DNA of 32,213 nucleotides, from the IMG/VR virus record IMGVR_UViG_3300011403_000027, positions 1 to 32,213 of that record. The stretch is one strand, 5' to 3'. The stretch is from a virus (taxonomy: Duplodnaviria > Caudoviricetes). This document shows, in pieces, positions 16,043-24,751 of this stretch. The translations under genes and the position numbers were made by a program. The notes beneath the pieces were generated by a model. It saw only the letters and a program-made list of their open reading frames with translations, ran no database searches and had not been told where the DNA came from. Numbering within the stretch: the first letter of the stretch is position 1; every line of letters begins with the position of its first letter.

Positions 16043-16231
16043 CTACGGCGGACTGCTCGAGGTCTTCCGGCAGAAGGCGCATTTGATCGACCAGGGCCGC
16101 GCCGCCTGCCAGGCGAGCGGGCGGTTGCAGTTCCAGCAGCGCGGCGCGTGGTCGATCACCACCTCGCCGGCGGCGGGGCGGCGCTCCGTCTTCGTCTCGA
16201 GCCGGGGGCGGTCGCGGGCGCTCGTGCTCAT
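16043..16231 (-). CDS. Com-like zinc-ribbon protein
   Basis: RCWNCNRPLA...IKCAFCRK resembles the Mu Com four-Cys pattern; ATGA-coupled start at 16231. Confidence 0.7.
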   Translation of the reverse strand: MSTSARDRPRLETKTERRPAAGEVVIDHAPRCWNCNRPLAWQAARPWSIKCAFCRKTSSSPP

Positions 16232-16599
16232 TCCAGCCACACCACCGTCCGCTCATGACGGATCCGCACGGCGCTCTCTGCGCTGGTCGCCCCCTGCACG
16301 AAGAACACGCCCCCCATGTCCTCCGTGATCGGCTGGCCCTCCCCATCGTGAAGCTCGAGCGTGCCCTCGGGGAAGCCGTCCTCCGCGTCGACCGTATACG
16401 CCAGAACGGCGCGCGTCCCGTCCGCACAGGCGAGTGCCAAGTTGACGCCGGCGTACGCCTGCCCATCGGCCGCTTCGCGGTAGTGGAAGACTTCCACGCG
16501 CTCGATGCGCGCCCCGACGACGTGGCGCTCAAACAACTCGGCGCGCCGTCGGATATACGCTCGGTACGGCGCGAGCGAGGCGCGCTCATCCGTACTCAT
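16228..16599 (-). CDS. Hypothetical protein (123 aa)
   Basis: ATGA overlaps at both ends (portal stop and Com-like start). Confidence 0.65.
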   Translation of the reverse strand: MSTDERASLAPYRAYIRRRAELFERHVVGARIERVEVFHYREAADGQAYAGVNLALACADGTRAVLAYTVDAEDGFPEGTLELHDGEGQPITEDMGGVFFVQGATSAESAVRIRHERTVVWLE

Positions 16600-18074
16600 C
16601 GCCCCAAGGCCAGCGTCTTCGTGTGCCCGTTCGTCCGCGCGGCCGCCGCCGGGACGGGGGACCCCTCGTCGTCCTCCGACGCTTCGCCGGGGACGGGGGC
16701 CGGGAGCAGCGGTGGGGGCTCCGGGATGAGGTTCCCCGGCTCGGTCGGGGTGATCGTCGCCGGCAGGTAGTAGACGTCGCCCTCGGGGGCCGGGTCGGCG
16801 CCGAGCTGCGCCCGCGCCTCGTTGAGCGTCAGCACGCCCGCCAGGAGGTCGGCCCGCGCCCGCTCGTGCAGCGCGTTCTGGTCCTCCTGGAGCACCCGCA
16901 CCTGGGAGAGGTCGAAGCCGATCCGCAGCCGGGCCGGGTCGCCGAAGTCGGGCACGAGCTGGACGCCCAGGTCGGCGGCCAGCGCCCGTTGCATCGGCAC
17001 GAGCAGCGACTCGTAGAGGTCTTCGCGCGCCTCGGCCATGTTCGAGTAGGTCGACCGGGCGAGGCCGGCGCCCAGGCCGACGACCACCGCCGGCGTCCCG
17101 AAGACGGCGCTGATCCGCTCCTCGGTGATCTGGCGGAGCTCCCGGAGCACCATCTGCTGCGGGTTGAAGGCGAGCACGCTCACGTTCGTCCGGCTGGTCA
17201 TCACCAGCGGCTCGCCCAGCCGGTCGCCGCCGAAGCGCTGCTGGAAGTCGGCCTTGATCAGCGCCGCCTCCTCCTGGGTCACCTCCGAGTCGTCGCCGGG
17301 GGAGAGCACCACGCCGGGGACGCCCAGGTTGCGCAGCAGCGAGGCGGTCCAGTTGGCGGCGGCGTTGTCCGTGGCGATCTCCCGGAACAGGGAGGCCAGC
17401 GGCGAGAGGCCCTTGCGGACGTTCTCCGGGTCGAGTCCGTCCCGGAAGTGGACGACCTCGTCGGGCCGCAGCCGGTACTCCCGGCCGCCCACCCGGTACT
17501 CGTAGTGAGAGATGAACGTCGTGCCGGCGCCGTCCGAGTCGGTCTCCGGCCACTTCGGCTCGAGCAGCGTCGAGGGCACCCACCACAGCTCGACCGTGCG
17601 CTCGGCCCGGGAGCGCGCCTTGATCCAGTAGGCGTTGCCCGTCAGGACGTAGTCGCCGAGCGTCCCGGCCCAGAGCGCCAGCCCGGAGTAGAACGGGTTG
17701 GGCCGCTCGAGCAGCGTCTGGAGCGCGTGGTCGGGCTGCGGCGCCCACTGCGGCGTCGCGGCCGGCCCCATCCCCGGCCCGGTCTCCCGGGCGTAGACGG
17801 TCGCCGGCGCCTCCGGAAACGTCCTGACGATTTTACGGATGCAACTCGCCACGATCGCGTTGCCCCGGCCGTCGCCGACCTCGGCGCCGTAGTCGCGCCG
17901 GGTGGCGCCCTGGGCGCCGCTCCACCACCACGAGTGGGGGCGCCCGGTGGAGAACCGCATCACGAATTGCTTGTACGCCCGGAGCACCGGGAGCGACGCC
18001 CGGCGCCAGGTGCGCTGGAGCTGCCAGGACAGCGGCGCCGCCTCGGTCCTCGGCGGCTGCGGGACGGTGGTCAT
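16596..18074 (-). CDS. Portal protein, HK97 family
   Basis: LLERPNPF, GNAYW, EVVHFR...GLSPL, PGVVL motifs; ATG at 18074 just after the TerL stop. Confidence 0.95.
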   Translation of the reverse strand: MTTVPQPPRTEAAPLSWQLQRTWRRASLPVLRAYKQFVMRFSTGRPHSWWWSGAQGATRRDYGAEVGDGRGNAIVASCIRKIVRTFPEAPATVYARETGPGMGPAATPQWAPQPDHALQTLLERPNPFYSGLALWAGTLGDYVLTGNAYWIKARSRAERTVELWWVPSTLLEPKWPETDSDGAGTTFISHYEYRVGGREYRLRPDEVVHFRDGLDPENVRKGLSPLASLFREIATDNAAANWTASLLRNLGVPGVVLSPGDDSEVTQEEAALIKADFQQRFGGDRLGEPLVMTSRTNVSVLAFNPQQMVLRELRQITEERISAVFGTPAVVVGLGAGLARSTYSNMAEAREDLYESLLVPMQRALAADLGVQLVPDFGDPARLRIGFDLSQVRVLQEDQNALHERARADLLAGVLTLNEARAQLGADPAPEGDVYYLPATITPTEPGNLIPEPPPLLPAPVPGEASEDDEGSPVPAAAARTNGHTKTLALGR

Positions 18075-18076
18075 GC

Positions 18077-19273
18077 TCACGCGGCGACTCCCCACTTCTT
18101 CGGCCGCAGCCCCAGGAGCTGGCAGGCCCCGGAGACGGCGTCGACCTGGTCGTCGTGGCGCCCCTGCGGGAACGCCTCCGCCTCGGCCAGGAACTCGGCG
18201 TTCCAGGCGCCCCGCACGAGGGCCACCTTGCCCGCCTCGGCGCGGGCGATCCACGGCTGCGCCCGGGCCAGCTTGTCCCGGTCGACCCCCACCGCCCGGA
18301 CGGCCGCGCCCAGCGCCGCCGGATCGCGGAGGACGTCCTGCACCGCCGCGAGCTGGAACCCGGCCTGCTCGATCCCCACCCGGACGCCGGGCTCCGCGGC
18401 GAGCGTCTGGAGGATGATCCGGCGGGCGTCCGGCCACTCCCAGCGCCCCCGGATGAGGTCGGCGAGGTAGAGCGTGCCGTCGGCGCCGAGCGCGGCCCGC
18501 ACCCCGACGGTGTAGTCGGCCGCGTCCTTGGTCGACGCGGCCAGATCCCAGTACCGCCCCCAGCGCAGCCCCTCCGGGGCGTGCGCCACCACCGCGAACC
18601 ACTCCCGCTTGAGCACGCCGGCGCCCAGCGTGACGAACTCGCCGGCCAGCTCCTGGCGGGCGAACTCGCTGCCGTACTGGGCGCGGAGCGCGTCGACGAA
18701 CGCCGGCTCGAGGAACGGGTTCGCCGCCGTGTGGCCCCGGAACAGGGCGGTATCGGCGCTCGCGTTGGTCACGAACACGTCGTAGAGCCAGTTCATGCCG
18801 GCGGGGGTGGTGGTGACCCAGCAGCGCCCGGCGAGCCCGTGCTGGCGGAGCCGGCCGATCACCACCGGCCACGTCCCCTCGGGGCAGAGCGCGGCTTCGT
18901 CCATCCAGGCCCAGGCGCAGTTCGGCCCCCGCAGCCGGTCGGGGTCGTCGGCGCTGCGGAAGAGCACCTCGTGGCCCGTCCGCAGCACGAGCCGCATCTC
19001 GCTCTTGTAGGCGGCGGCCAGGGCCGGCGCCCAGACCTCGAGCGCCGTGCGCCACGTCGCGTCGCGGAGCATGGGGTACGTCGGGGAGACGACCAGGCCG
19101 AGCGTCGGCGGCCCGGCGAATTCCTGCACGAAGGCCTTCGCCGCCCCGGCGAACGTCTTGCCGGAGCCGACGCCGGCGACGAAGGCGGCGTAGCGGTGCC
19201 CGTCCTGCACGAACGCCGCCTGCGTCCGGGACAGGGTCAGCCGGGCGCTAGCCGACCGGGCGGTCGTCGACAA
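18077..19273 (-). CDS. terL: Terminase large subunit
   Basis: Walker A AGVGSGKT, Walker B WMDEA, TTTP coupling motif, nuclease YWDLA and HDDQVDA. Confidence 0.96.
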   Translation of the reverse strand: MSTTARSASARLTLSRTQAAFVQDGHRYAAFVAGVGSGKTFAGAAKAFVQEFAGPPTLGLVVSPTYPMLRDATWRTALEVWAPALAAAYKSEMRLVLRTGHEVLFRSADDPDRLRGPNCAWAWMDEAALCPEGTWPVVIGRLRQHGLAGRCWVTTTPAGMNWLYDVFVTNASADTALFRGHTAANPFLEPAFVDALRAQYGSEFARQELAGEFVTLGAGVLKREWFAVVAHAPEGLRWGRYWDLAASTKDAADYTVGVRAALGADGTLYLADLIRGRWEWPDARRIILQTLAAEPGVRVGIEQAGFQLAAVQDVLRDPAALGAAVRAVGVDRDKLARAQPWIARAEAGKVALVRGAWNAEFLAEAEAFPQGRHDDQVDAVSGACQLLGLRPKKWGVAA

Positions 19274-19619
19274 CGGCCACCTCCAGGCGCAGCGGGATGG
19301 GCGCGCCCTCGGGGCCGCTGACCTCGTGGCGCAGCGGCGGGGCGTACCCCCGCTCGCGGCCCAGCGTGGTCAGCACGAAGGCCACCGCGGGCCACTCGCC
19401 GGCCTCCACCTTCTGGGCGAGCTGCCCCTCGGCGACATCGACCAGCACCGCCCGACCCTCCTCGGCGGCGGCGCGCACGCTCTCGTAGCGTTTGACGTAG
19501 TTCGCCACGGTCTCGCGGTGGCACCCGACCTGGTCGGCGGCCGCCGAGTAGATGCCCCGGGTCCGGCGGAGGGCGTCGGCCACAACGGCCGCGCTGAACT
19601 GCGGCGGCTTCGTGATCAT
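19248..19619 (-). CDS. terS: Terminase small subunit
   Basis: N-terminal HTH (AAADQVGCHRETV), helical core, C-terminal EVSGPEGAPI; directly upstream of TerL. Confidence 0.85.
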   Translation of the reverse strand: MITKPPQFSAAVVADALRRTRGIYSAAADQVGCHRETVANYVKRYESVRAAAEEGRAVLVDVAEGQLAQKVEAGEWPAVAFVLTTLGRERGYAPPLRHEVSGPEGAPIPLRLEVAVVDDRPVG

Positions 19620-19634
19620 CCCGGCGCCACCCCT

Positions 19635-19654
19635 GAAGATCGTCGACGATCTTC
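19635..19654. repeat. Perfect 20-bp palindrome upstream of terS
   Basis: GAAGATCGTC|GACGATCTTC. Confidence 0.85.
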
Positions 19655-19659
19655 GGCGC

Positions 19660-20010
19660 TCACGCCGGGGGCTCCTCGACGACCAGCTCCCAGCCGTCGG
19701 CGGCGGTGGGCTCGACCGCCTCCAGCGAACACGCCCAGCGGCCGGACTCGCCCGCGCCAGGCACCACGTCGACGTACAGCCGGCCGACCTCCTCGAGCGT
19801 CAGCGTCCCCAGCGTCCCGGCGTCCGGGTAGCCGTACGTCCCGCTGGTGCGGAAGCCGGGCGCGTCCGGGTCGGGCCGCCACAGCGTGAGCGTCGCGCTC
19901 GCCGGGGTCGTCGGGGCGCCGGCGGCGTCGGCGATCGCCGTGCGGTCGCTCTCCGTGTGGTTGCCCAGGCGGACGGTCTGGCCGATCGGGAACGGCCCCA
20001 GCAGTGCCAT
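19660..20010 (-). CDS. Hypothetical Ig-like structural protein
   Basis: 116 aa, beta-rich (ATLTLWRPD...GRLYVDV...GRW); ATG at 20010. Confidence 0.6.
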   Translation of the reverse strand: MALLGPFPIGQTVRLGNHTESDRTAIADAAGAPTTPASATLTLWRPDPDAPGFRTSGTYGYPDAGTLGTLTLEEVGRLYVDVVPGAGESGRWACSLEAVEPTAADGWELVVEEPPA

Positions 20011-20011
20011 G

Positions 20012-20338
20012 TCAGCGACTCCCTCCCCCGCCTCCCCCGGTGAGCGCCCCGACCCGCGACGCGCCCCCGGCCACGGCCCCCGCCCGCCCGGCACCGCCGC
20101 CCACCAGCGTCCCCGCCGGTGAGGCGCCCCCGCGGAGCGCCCCCGACCGCCGGCCGCCGCCGCCGACCAGCACCCCGACCGCCGAGGCGCCGCCGACGAC
20201 GGTGCCGCGCGCCGCCGGGGGCGTGGTCGTGTACAGCAGCTCCTCCCAGGTCAGCCCGAGGGCGTGCAGCTCCTCCCAGGTCAGGCCGGAGTCGGCCATC
20301 CCCTGCCAGGAGCCGTAGCGCAGCCACGGCCCGCTCAT
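20012..20338 (-). CDS. Gly-rich repeat protein with duplicated LTWEEL
   Basis: ATGA-coupled start; repeated G-x-L/V-x-GG units. Confidence 0.6.
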   Translation of the reverse strand: MSGPWLRYGSWQGMADSGLTWEELHALGLTWEELLYTTTPPAARGTVVGGASAVGVLVGGGGRRSGALRGGASPAGTLVGGGAGRAGAVAGGASRVGALTGGGGGGSR

Positions 20339-20562
20339 CCGGAGGGCGTCCCGTCGGCGGTGCGGACGACGGCGGCGTCCTGGGTGCGGAACGTCCAGGC
20401 CCGGTCGGTGATCCACGTCGGCGCCCCGTGGGCGGTGGTGAAGCCGAGCCACCACGCCTCCCCGAGCTGGGTGCGCAGGGCCAGCTCGAGCAGGTAGCGC
20501 ACCGCCGCCCCGGGGAGCACCAGCTTCTCCGGCTCGTGGGTCGGCGGCGCCCGGTCGTCCAT
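20335..20562 (-). CDS. Hypothetical protein (75 aa)
   Basis: TGATG-coupled to the fibre gene and ATGA-coupled to the next gene. Confidence 0.6.
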   Translation of the reverse strand: MDDRAPPTHEPEKLVLPGAAVRYLLELALRTQLGEAWWLGFTTAHGAPTWITDRAWTFRTQDAAVVRTADGTPSG

Positions 20563-22451
20563 CAGGTGGCCCAGAACGCCAAGCGCCGCGCCGTCCCGTT
20601 GATGGTCACCGTCAGGTACCCAGCGGGGACGCCCGGCAAGGCGCTGGCGGCGCCGGCGGTGGCGCTCGTGGTCAGGGCGCCACTCCCGACGGTCAGGGCG
20701 AGGTGGTCGCTGCTGTTCATGCCCAGGGCCAGGTCGGCCCCGTCGGCGGCGTCCCGCCACTTGATGGCCCCGGCCGCGTCGTTGGGCAGCCGGATGGCCC
20801 CGCCGGCCGCCGGCGTGGAGCTGGTCAGCGTCGACCGGACGGCGCCGTCGATCCCCCAGCCGGTGCCCGTGGTGGTGGTGGGGTAGGTGCCCGCGCTGCC
20901 GGAGCCCCCCTGGACGTGGGTGACGTAGGTGAGCCCGGCGTCCGGTACCGGGGTGTAGGCGAGGCGCCCCTGGTTCTGGGAGGTCGAGGCCGAGAACGTG
21001 AGGGCGTAGGTGCGCCCGCTCACCATGAGGGGCTGGGTGCCGGCGGGCAGGCGCTGCTCCTTCCAGCCCACGGCGGTGTCGGCGAAGCCGGTCAGGGCGG
21101 ACGTGCTCCACACCGGCGCCGCCGTGTTCGTCGTGTCCCAGAGGCGCACCGAGGACGGGGCGCCCGAGCCGGTGGCCACCCGGTACCACCGCACGGCGAC
21201 CAGGTAGGCCCCGGGGCTCGGGGTGAAGCGCACCCCGTACTCGCGGCCGCTCAGGGTCTGCTGCCCGTCCGACGAGAAGGCCGGGGAGCTGGCCCCCACG
21301 ACCCGGGCGTCGGTCACCGCCGTGGCCGGGCTGGTGACCACGAGGGCGCCCCCGCTGTCGACGGCGGCGCCCTGCGCGGCGATCGTCCCCGTCATCGTCC
21401 CGCCGGTGGTGGGAAGTCCCGACCCGCCCCCGGCCGCCGCGGCCCACTTGACCCCCAGGCTCTGGGCGCTGTCCGCGGTGAGGACGTGCCCGTCGGTGCC
21501 CAGGGCGAGCCGGCCGATCGTGTCCGCGGCGCTCGCGGCGAACAGGTCGCCCTTGGCGTCGGCGAGCGGATCGGCGGCGAGCCCCGTGGCGACGGTCCGG
21601 GTGGCGAAGGTCTCCCAGGCGCTGCCGGTGTCGCGGTAGACGAGGTCGGTGTTCGTCCCCAGATAGAGGCGCCCGGCCGTCCCGAAGGCGGGCCGGGCGG
21701 CGAGCGTGCCCGACATGATGACGCCGCTGCCGAGGACGGTCTCCTGGTGCAGCTTGCTCTCCGCGGCGGTGGTGATGAAGCTCGCGTTGGCCGGGGCGCC
21801 CGACCCGCCGCCGCCCCCGCCGGTGCTCAGCGTGGGCACCTCGTAGATCGACCCGTCCTCGCTGCGGTAGTAGAGGGTGGAGACGCCGCTGCCGTTGTCT
21901 TTCGAGTAGAGCCGGATGCGGTTGGCCGCCGGCGTGGCGGCGTCGGCGCCGAGGTTGACGTACTGGGAGAAGCCGTCGTGCTCGTCGTTGGACAGGACGC
22001 CGGAGCCGTCCGCGGTGGTGTGGTCGTGCGCCCGGGCGCTGAGCTGGAGGTAGCGCGCGTCGCCGGCGGCCTGGGTCAGGGCGCCCACGTCGGCCGCGTC
22101 CAGGACGACCGCCCCCGTCTCCCCGTTGACCGAGACGACGGGCGCCGCACCGCCGGTGGTGTCCGTCGAGTAGAGCCCGTCGGGGCGCAGCTCGAGCGCG
22201 TTCCCGGCGTCGGCGCTGACCCGCGTGGCCAGCACGAACGCATCGGGCGTGGGCTCCGTCACGCCGATCCCGGCGTCGCCGGTCAGGCTGACGTCGACCG
22301 CGTCCACCGCGTCCACCAGGTCCGCGTAGACCGACTGGACGGTCGACTCGACGGCCAGCAGCGCCTCGTCGATATCCCGCCAGTCGTTGGGGGCATCCCC
22401 CTCGAGCAGGGGCCACGCGTACACCGGGCTGGTGGGCGGGTACTCGGTCAT
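20562..22451 (-). CDS. Fibre / adhesin-like virion protein with DUF4082-like domain
   Basis: VVSVNGETGAVVLDAADVGA and KGDL...RLALGTDGHVLTAD fibre repeats; EYGVRF...VRWY...GW...GRTY domain. Confidence 0.8.
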   Translation of the reverse strand: MTEYPPTSPVYAWPLLEGDAPNDWRDIDEALLAVESTVQSVYADLVDAVDAVDVSLTGDAGIGVTEPTPDAFVLATRVSADAGNALELRPDGLYSTDTTGGAAPVVSVNGETGAVVLDAADVGALTQAAGDARYLQLSARAHDHTTADGSGVLSNDEHDGFSQYVNLGADAATPAANRIRLYSKDNGSGVSTLYYRSEDGSIYEVPTLSTGGGGGGSGAPANASFITTAAESKLHQETVLGSGVIMSGTLAARPAFGTAGRLYLGTNTDLVYRDTGSAWETFATRTVATGLAADPLADAKGDLFAASAADTIGRLALGTDGHVLTADSAQSLGVKWAAAAGGGSGLPTTGGTMTGTIAAQGAAVDSGGALVVTSPATAVTDARVVGASSPAFSSDGQQTLSGREYGVRFTPSPGAYLVAVRWYRVATGSGAPSSVRLWDTTNTAAPVWSTSALTGFADTAVGWKEQRLPAGTQPLMVSGRTYALTFSASTSQNQGRLAYTPVPDAGLTYVTHVQGGSGSAGTYPTTTTGTGWGIDGAVRSTLTSSTPAAGGAIRLPNDAAGAIKWRDAADGADLALGMNSSDHLALTVGSGALTTSATAGAASALPGVPAGYLTVTINGTARRLAFWAT

Positions 22452-22462
22452 GCGCTGCGCTC

Positions 22463-22483
22463 AGTGTACGCTACCCATAGCGT
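22463..22483 (-). promoter_or_regulatory. Candidate late promoter: -10 TACACT with abutting inverted repeat
   Basis: Minus strand ACGCTA-TGGG-TAGCGT overlaps TACACT by one base; 11 nt to the ATG of the first structural gene. Confidence 0.45.
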
Positions 22484-22911
22484 CACCGGCCGCGCTCCGT
22501 CTCCCGCAGGAACTCGCGCAACCGGCGGAGGCAGGCCATGTCCCGGCGCGGACCGCTGCGCAGGATCTCGACGATGTCGGGCGCGTCGGACGGCACCCAC
22601 CAGTACGCCTCCTGCTCCGCGGTCAGCAGGTCGAGCAGCCAATCGGCCTGCCCCCGGATGCGGCGCAGCCCCCGGCCGCTGCGCACCGTCTTCCCGAGGG
22701 TGGGCGACTTCCCCTCCCGCTTCAGCTCGGCGAAGAGCGTCCGCCCCTGCCGCGGATTGACCATCGTGAGATCGGGGTAGCCGGCGTCCGAGCCGAGGGC
22801 GAAGCGCGTGTGGTGGACGGCGTAGCCGAGGAGGCGCGCCGTCCGCATCACGAAGCCCTGCAAGTCCGCCTCCGTCCAGGCCAGGTTGAACGCCACGGCG
22901 TCCGCGATCAT
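22483..22911 (-). CDS. VRR-NUC family PD-(D/E)XK nuclease
   Basis: TEADLQ...GYPDL...FAELK...Q..WL. Confidence 0.88.
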   Translation of the reverse strand: MIADAVAFNLAWTEADLQGFVMRTARLLGYAVHHTRFALGSDAGYPDLTMVNPRQGRTLFAELKREGKSPTLGKTVRSGRGLRRIRGQADWLLDLLTAEQEAYWWVPSDAPDIVEILRSGPRRDMACLRRLREFLRETERGR

Positions 22912-23177
22912 TCCGACTCGTCCTCGGTCAGTAACCGGTGGGCCGCCGCGAGCCCCACCGGCCCCAAGACGCCCTTCGCTTCCTCGAGGAGCCGCCGGCG
23001 GGTCTTCAGTTCCTGCGCCGCCGCCAGGATCTCGGCCGGCGACGTTTTCCGCTTCGGGAACCCCAGCGCGAGCAGCAGCTCGGCAGCGGCGTCGAAGTGG
23101 CCCCAAAGGTAGCCCCGCCAGAAGTCGGCGGCCGCCTCGTGGTCGTGGAGCCGGTGGCGACCCGCCGGAACGGTCAC
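22908..23177 (-). CDS. Hypothetical protein
   Basis: GTGA/ATGA coupling at both ends; high GC3. Confidence 0.6.
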   Translation of the reverse strand: MTVPAGRHRLHDHEAAADFWRGYLWGHFDAAAELLLALGFPKRKTSPAEILAAAQELKTRRRLLEEAKGVLGPVGLAAAHRLLTEDESE

Positions 23178-23410
23178 GCGGCCACCTCCTCGGGCTCCGC
23201 GGGGAGCAGCGGGAGCTGGTAGGCCGGCTGGCGGTCGACGGCGAGCAGCAGGCGGATCACGGCGTCGCCGGTCAGCGTACACCCCTCGGGGCACCGCAGC
23301 GGCTCGTCGACGAACACGCTCCGCCGCGGGTACACCCCGTCCTGCCACTCGATGAGGTGGACGTCCACCGTCGCCAGCAGGCAGCGGGGGCACCGGACGG
23401 CGCGGGTCAC
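23174..23410 (-). CDS. Small Zn-ribbon protein
   Basis: CPRC...CPEGC; coupled at both ends. Confidence 0.6.
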   Translation of the reverse strand: MTRAVRCPRCLLATVDVHLIEWQDGVYPRRSVFVDEPLRCPEGCTLTGDAVIRLLLAVDRQPAYQLPLLPAEPEEVAA

Positions 23411-23763
23411 CCGTTTTCCCACGGGTCGGCCTCCGTCCGGGCGGCGCCGGGCCGGGTCAGGCGGTACGTCTCCGGGCCGGTGCGCTCGAGCTGCCCGGCG
23501 ACGCGCAGCTCGGCCAGGGCGAGGAGCAGACTCGACGGCGGCCAGGGCTTCCAGGCGAGGAGCAGCGCCCGCAGCTCCACGTCCGGGGACGTCCGCGCCC
23601 GCTGCTCCAGCAGCTCGAGCAGGAAGGCCGCCGAGGGGCTGGTGAGCGAGTAGCCGAGGGGCGGCCGGCTGGCCCACCGCTCGCGGCGCTCGACCTCCCG
23701 CCGGGCGCGCTGCGTCGCCGCCGCCCGGAGCCCGCGCTCCCGGTGGGTCGGGTCCGGGGGCAC
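23407..23763 (-). CDS. Hypothetical protein, possible winged helix
   Basis: LALAELRVAGQLER...YRLT wing-like ending; GTG at 23763. Confidence 0.5.
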   Translation of the reverse strand: MPPDPTHRERGLRAAATQRARREVERRERWASRPPLGYSLTSPSAAFLLELLEQRARTSPDVELRALLLAWKPWPPSSLLLALAELRVAGQLERTGPETYRLTRPGAARTEADPWENG

Positions 23764-23765
23764 GG

Positions 23766-24158
23766 CTAACACCGCCCGCCCCAGTGGGAGAGGCCGCCCT
23801 GTGAACGGAGGGGGTGGGCGATCGCCCACGCGGCGACGTGGGCGGCGCTCCAGGCGTCGTAGACGCTCGCCCCGCCGTACCCGGCCTGCCGGCTCATCCA
23901 CGCCCAGGTGCGCGGCATGAACTGCATCAGCCCGGCGGCGCCGCTGCCCTGCCGGTTGTCCTGCCAGGGCTGGTAGCGGCTCTCCCGCCACGCCAGGTTC
24001 CGCAGGCAGCCCAGGCTGACCCCGTACTCGGCCGAGGCGTGCTCGAGGGCGTAGGCGACGTCCGGCGACTGGGCGCTGCCGTCGGCGCAGCTCAGGGTGA
24101 GGTAGGAGGCCAGGGCGGCGCCGGCGAGGAAGCCCCAGCCCCACGATCGCCAGCTCAC
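23766..24158 (-). CDS. Exported lytic transglycosylase (SLT-like)
   Basis: Hydrophobic N-terminus; catalytic RES and GAAGLMQFMPRTW motifs. Confidence 0.88.
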   Translation of the reverse strand: MSWRSWGWGFLAGAALASYLTLSCADGSAQSPDVAYALEHASAEYGVSLGCLRNLAWRESRYQPWQDNRQGSGAAGLMQFMPRTWAWMSRQAGYGGASVYDAWSAAHVAAWAIAHPLRSQGGLSHWGGRC

Positions 24159-24562
24159 GACGCCGCCTCCTCGCCGGCGTCGCGCAAGACGCCGGCGGCC
24201 CAGCGGGCCAGCACCGGATGGGGACTCCGGCGGCGGCGCTCCGCCTCCGCGATGCTCGAGCGGGACAGGCTCAGCTGCACCGCCAGGTCGCGCTGGGTGA
24301 CCCCTTTGTAGCGGCGCGCCCGGAGCACGTCCGCCGGCGCCACGGACGGCGCCGCGTCCCGTTCCCGCTGCGCCGCGTGGCGCTCGAGGCCCTGCCGGCG
24401 GTCGTAGTCGGCCAGCAGCCCCAGCTTGAGCGCCCGCGCCCGGCGCCGCAGGTCGCGCGCCTGGGCCTCCGCGCCCGCCGCCTGCTGCTCCACCGCGGTC
24501 AGCGCGGCCACCGTCTGGACGCGCACGATGCGCAGCCCGTCCCGGACGTAGCGGATGGTCAC
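24155..24562 (-). CDS. Coiled-coil plus XRE-type HTH protein
   Basis: LRARRYKGVTQRDLAVQLSLSRSSIAEAE. Confidence 0.8.
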   Translation of the reverse strand: MTIRYVRDGLRIVRVQTVAALTAVEQQAAGAEAQARDLRRRARALKLGLLADYDRRQGLERHAAQRERDAAPSVAPADVLRARRYKGVTQRDLAVQLSLSRSSIAEAERRRRSPHPVLARWAAGVLRDAGEEAAS

Positions 24563-24738
24563 GACGCGATCCGCTGGGCCGCCGCCGCCGCCGCCGGCTT
24601 CTTCGTCCACCGCTTCGCGTCCGGACAGGTGCCGAAGTGGGACGTCTCCGTCCCGGCGTCGTAGGGGCACCGCTTCCCGGCGGGGGTCAGGCGCCACTCG
24701 ATCGCGGCGCCGCAGCTCCGGCAGTACTGGATCGTCAT
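24559..24738 (-). CDS. Small Zn-binding phage protein
   Basis: CRSCGAAIEW..T..GK..P.D...SHFGTCP motif; AGGAGG SD. Confidence 0.8.
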   Translation of the reverse strand: MTIQYCRSCGAAIEWRLTPAGKRCPYDAGTETSHFGTCPDAKRWTKKPAAAAAAQRIAS

Positions 24739-24751
24739 CCGTTCCCTCCTG

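Noticed and set aside
18075-19055. 819-aa version of the portal ORF and similar long upstream extensions (e.g. starts at 2160, 13440, 25861, 31218)
   Set aside because: The extensions overlap neighbouring real genes in another frame; coupled or SD-supported internal starts fit better.
20237-20284. 18-bp direct repeat CAGCTCCTCCCAGGTCAG
   Set aside because: Explained by the duplicated LTWEEL peptide within the CDS.
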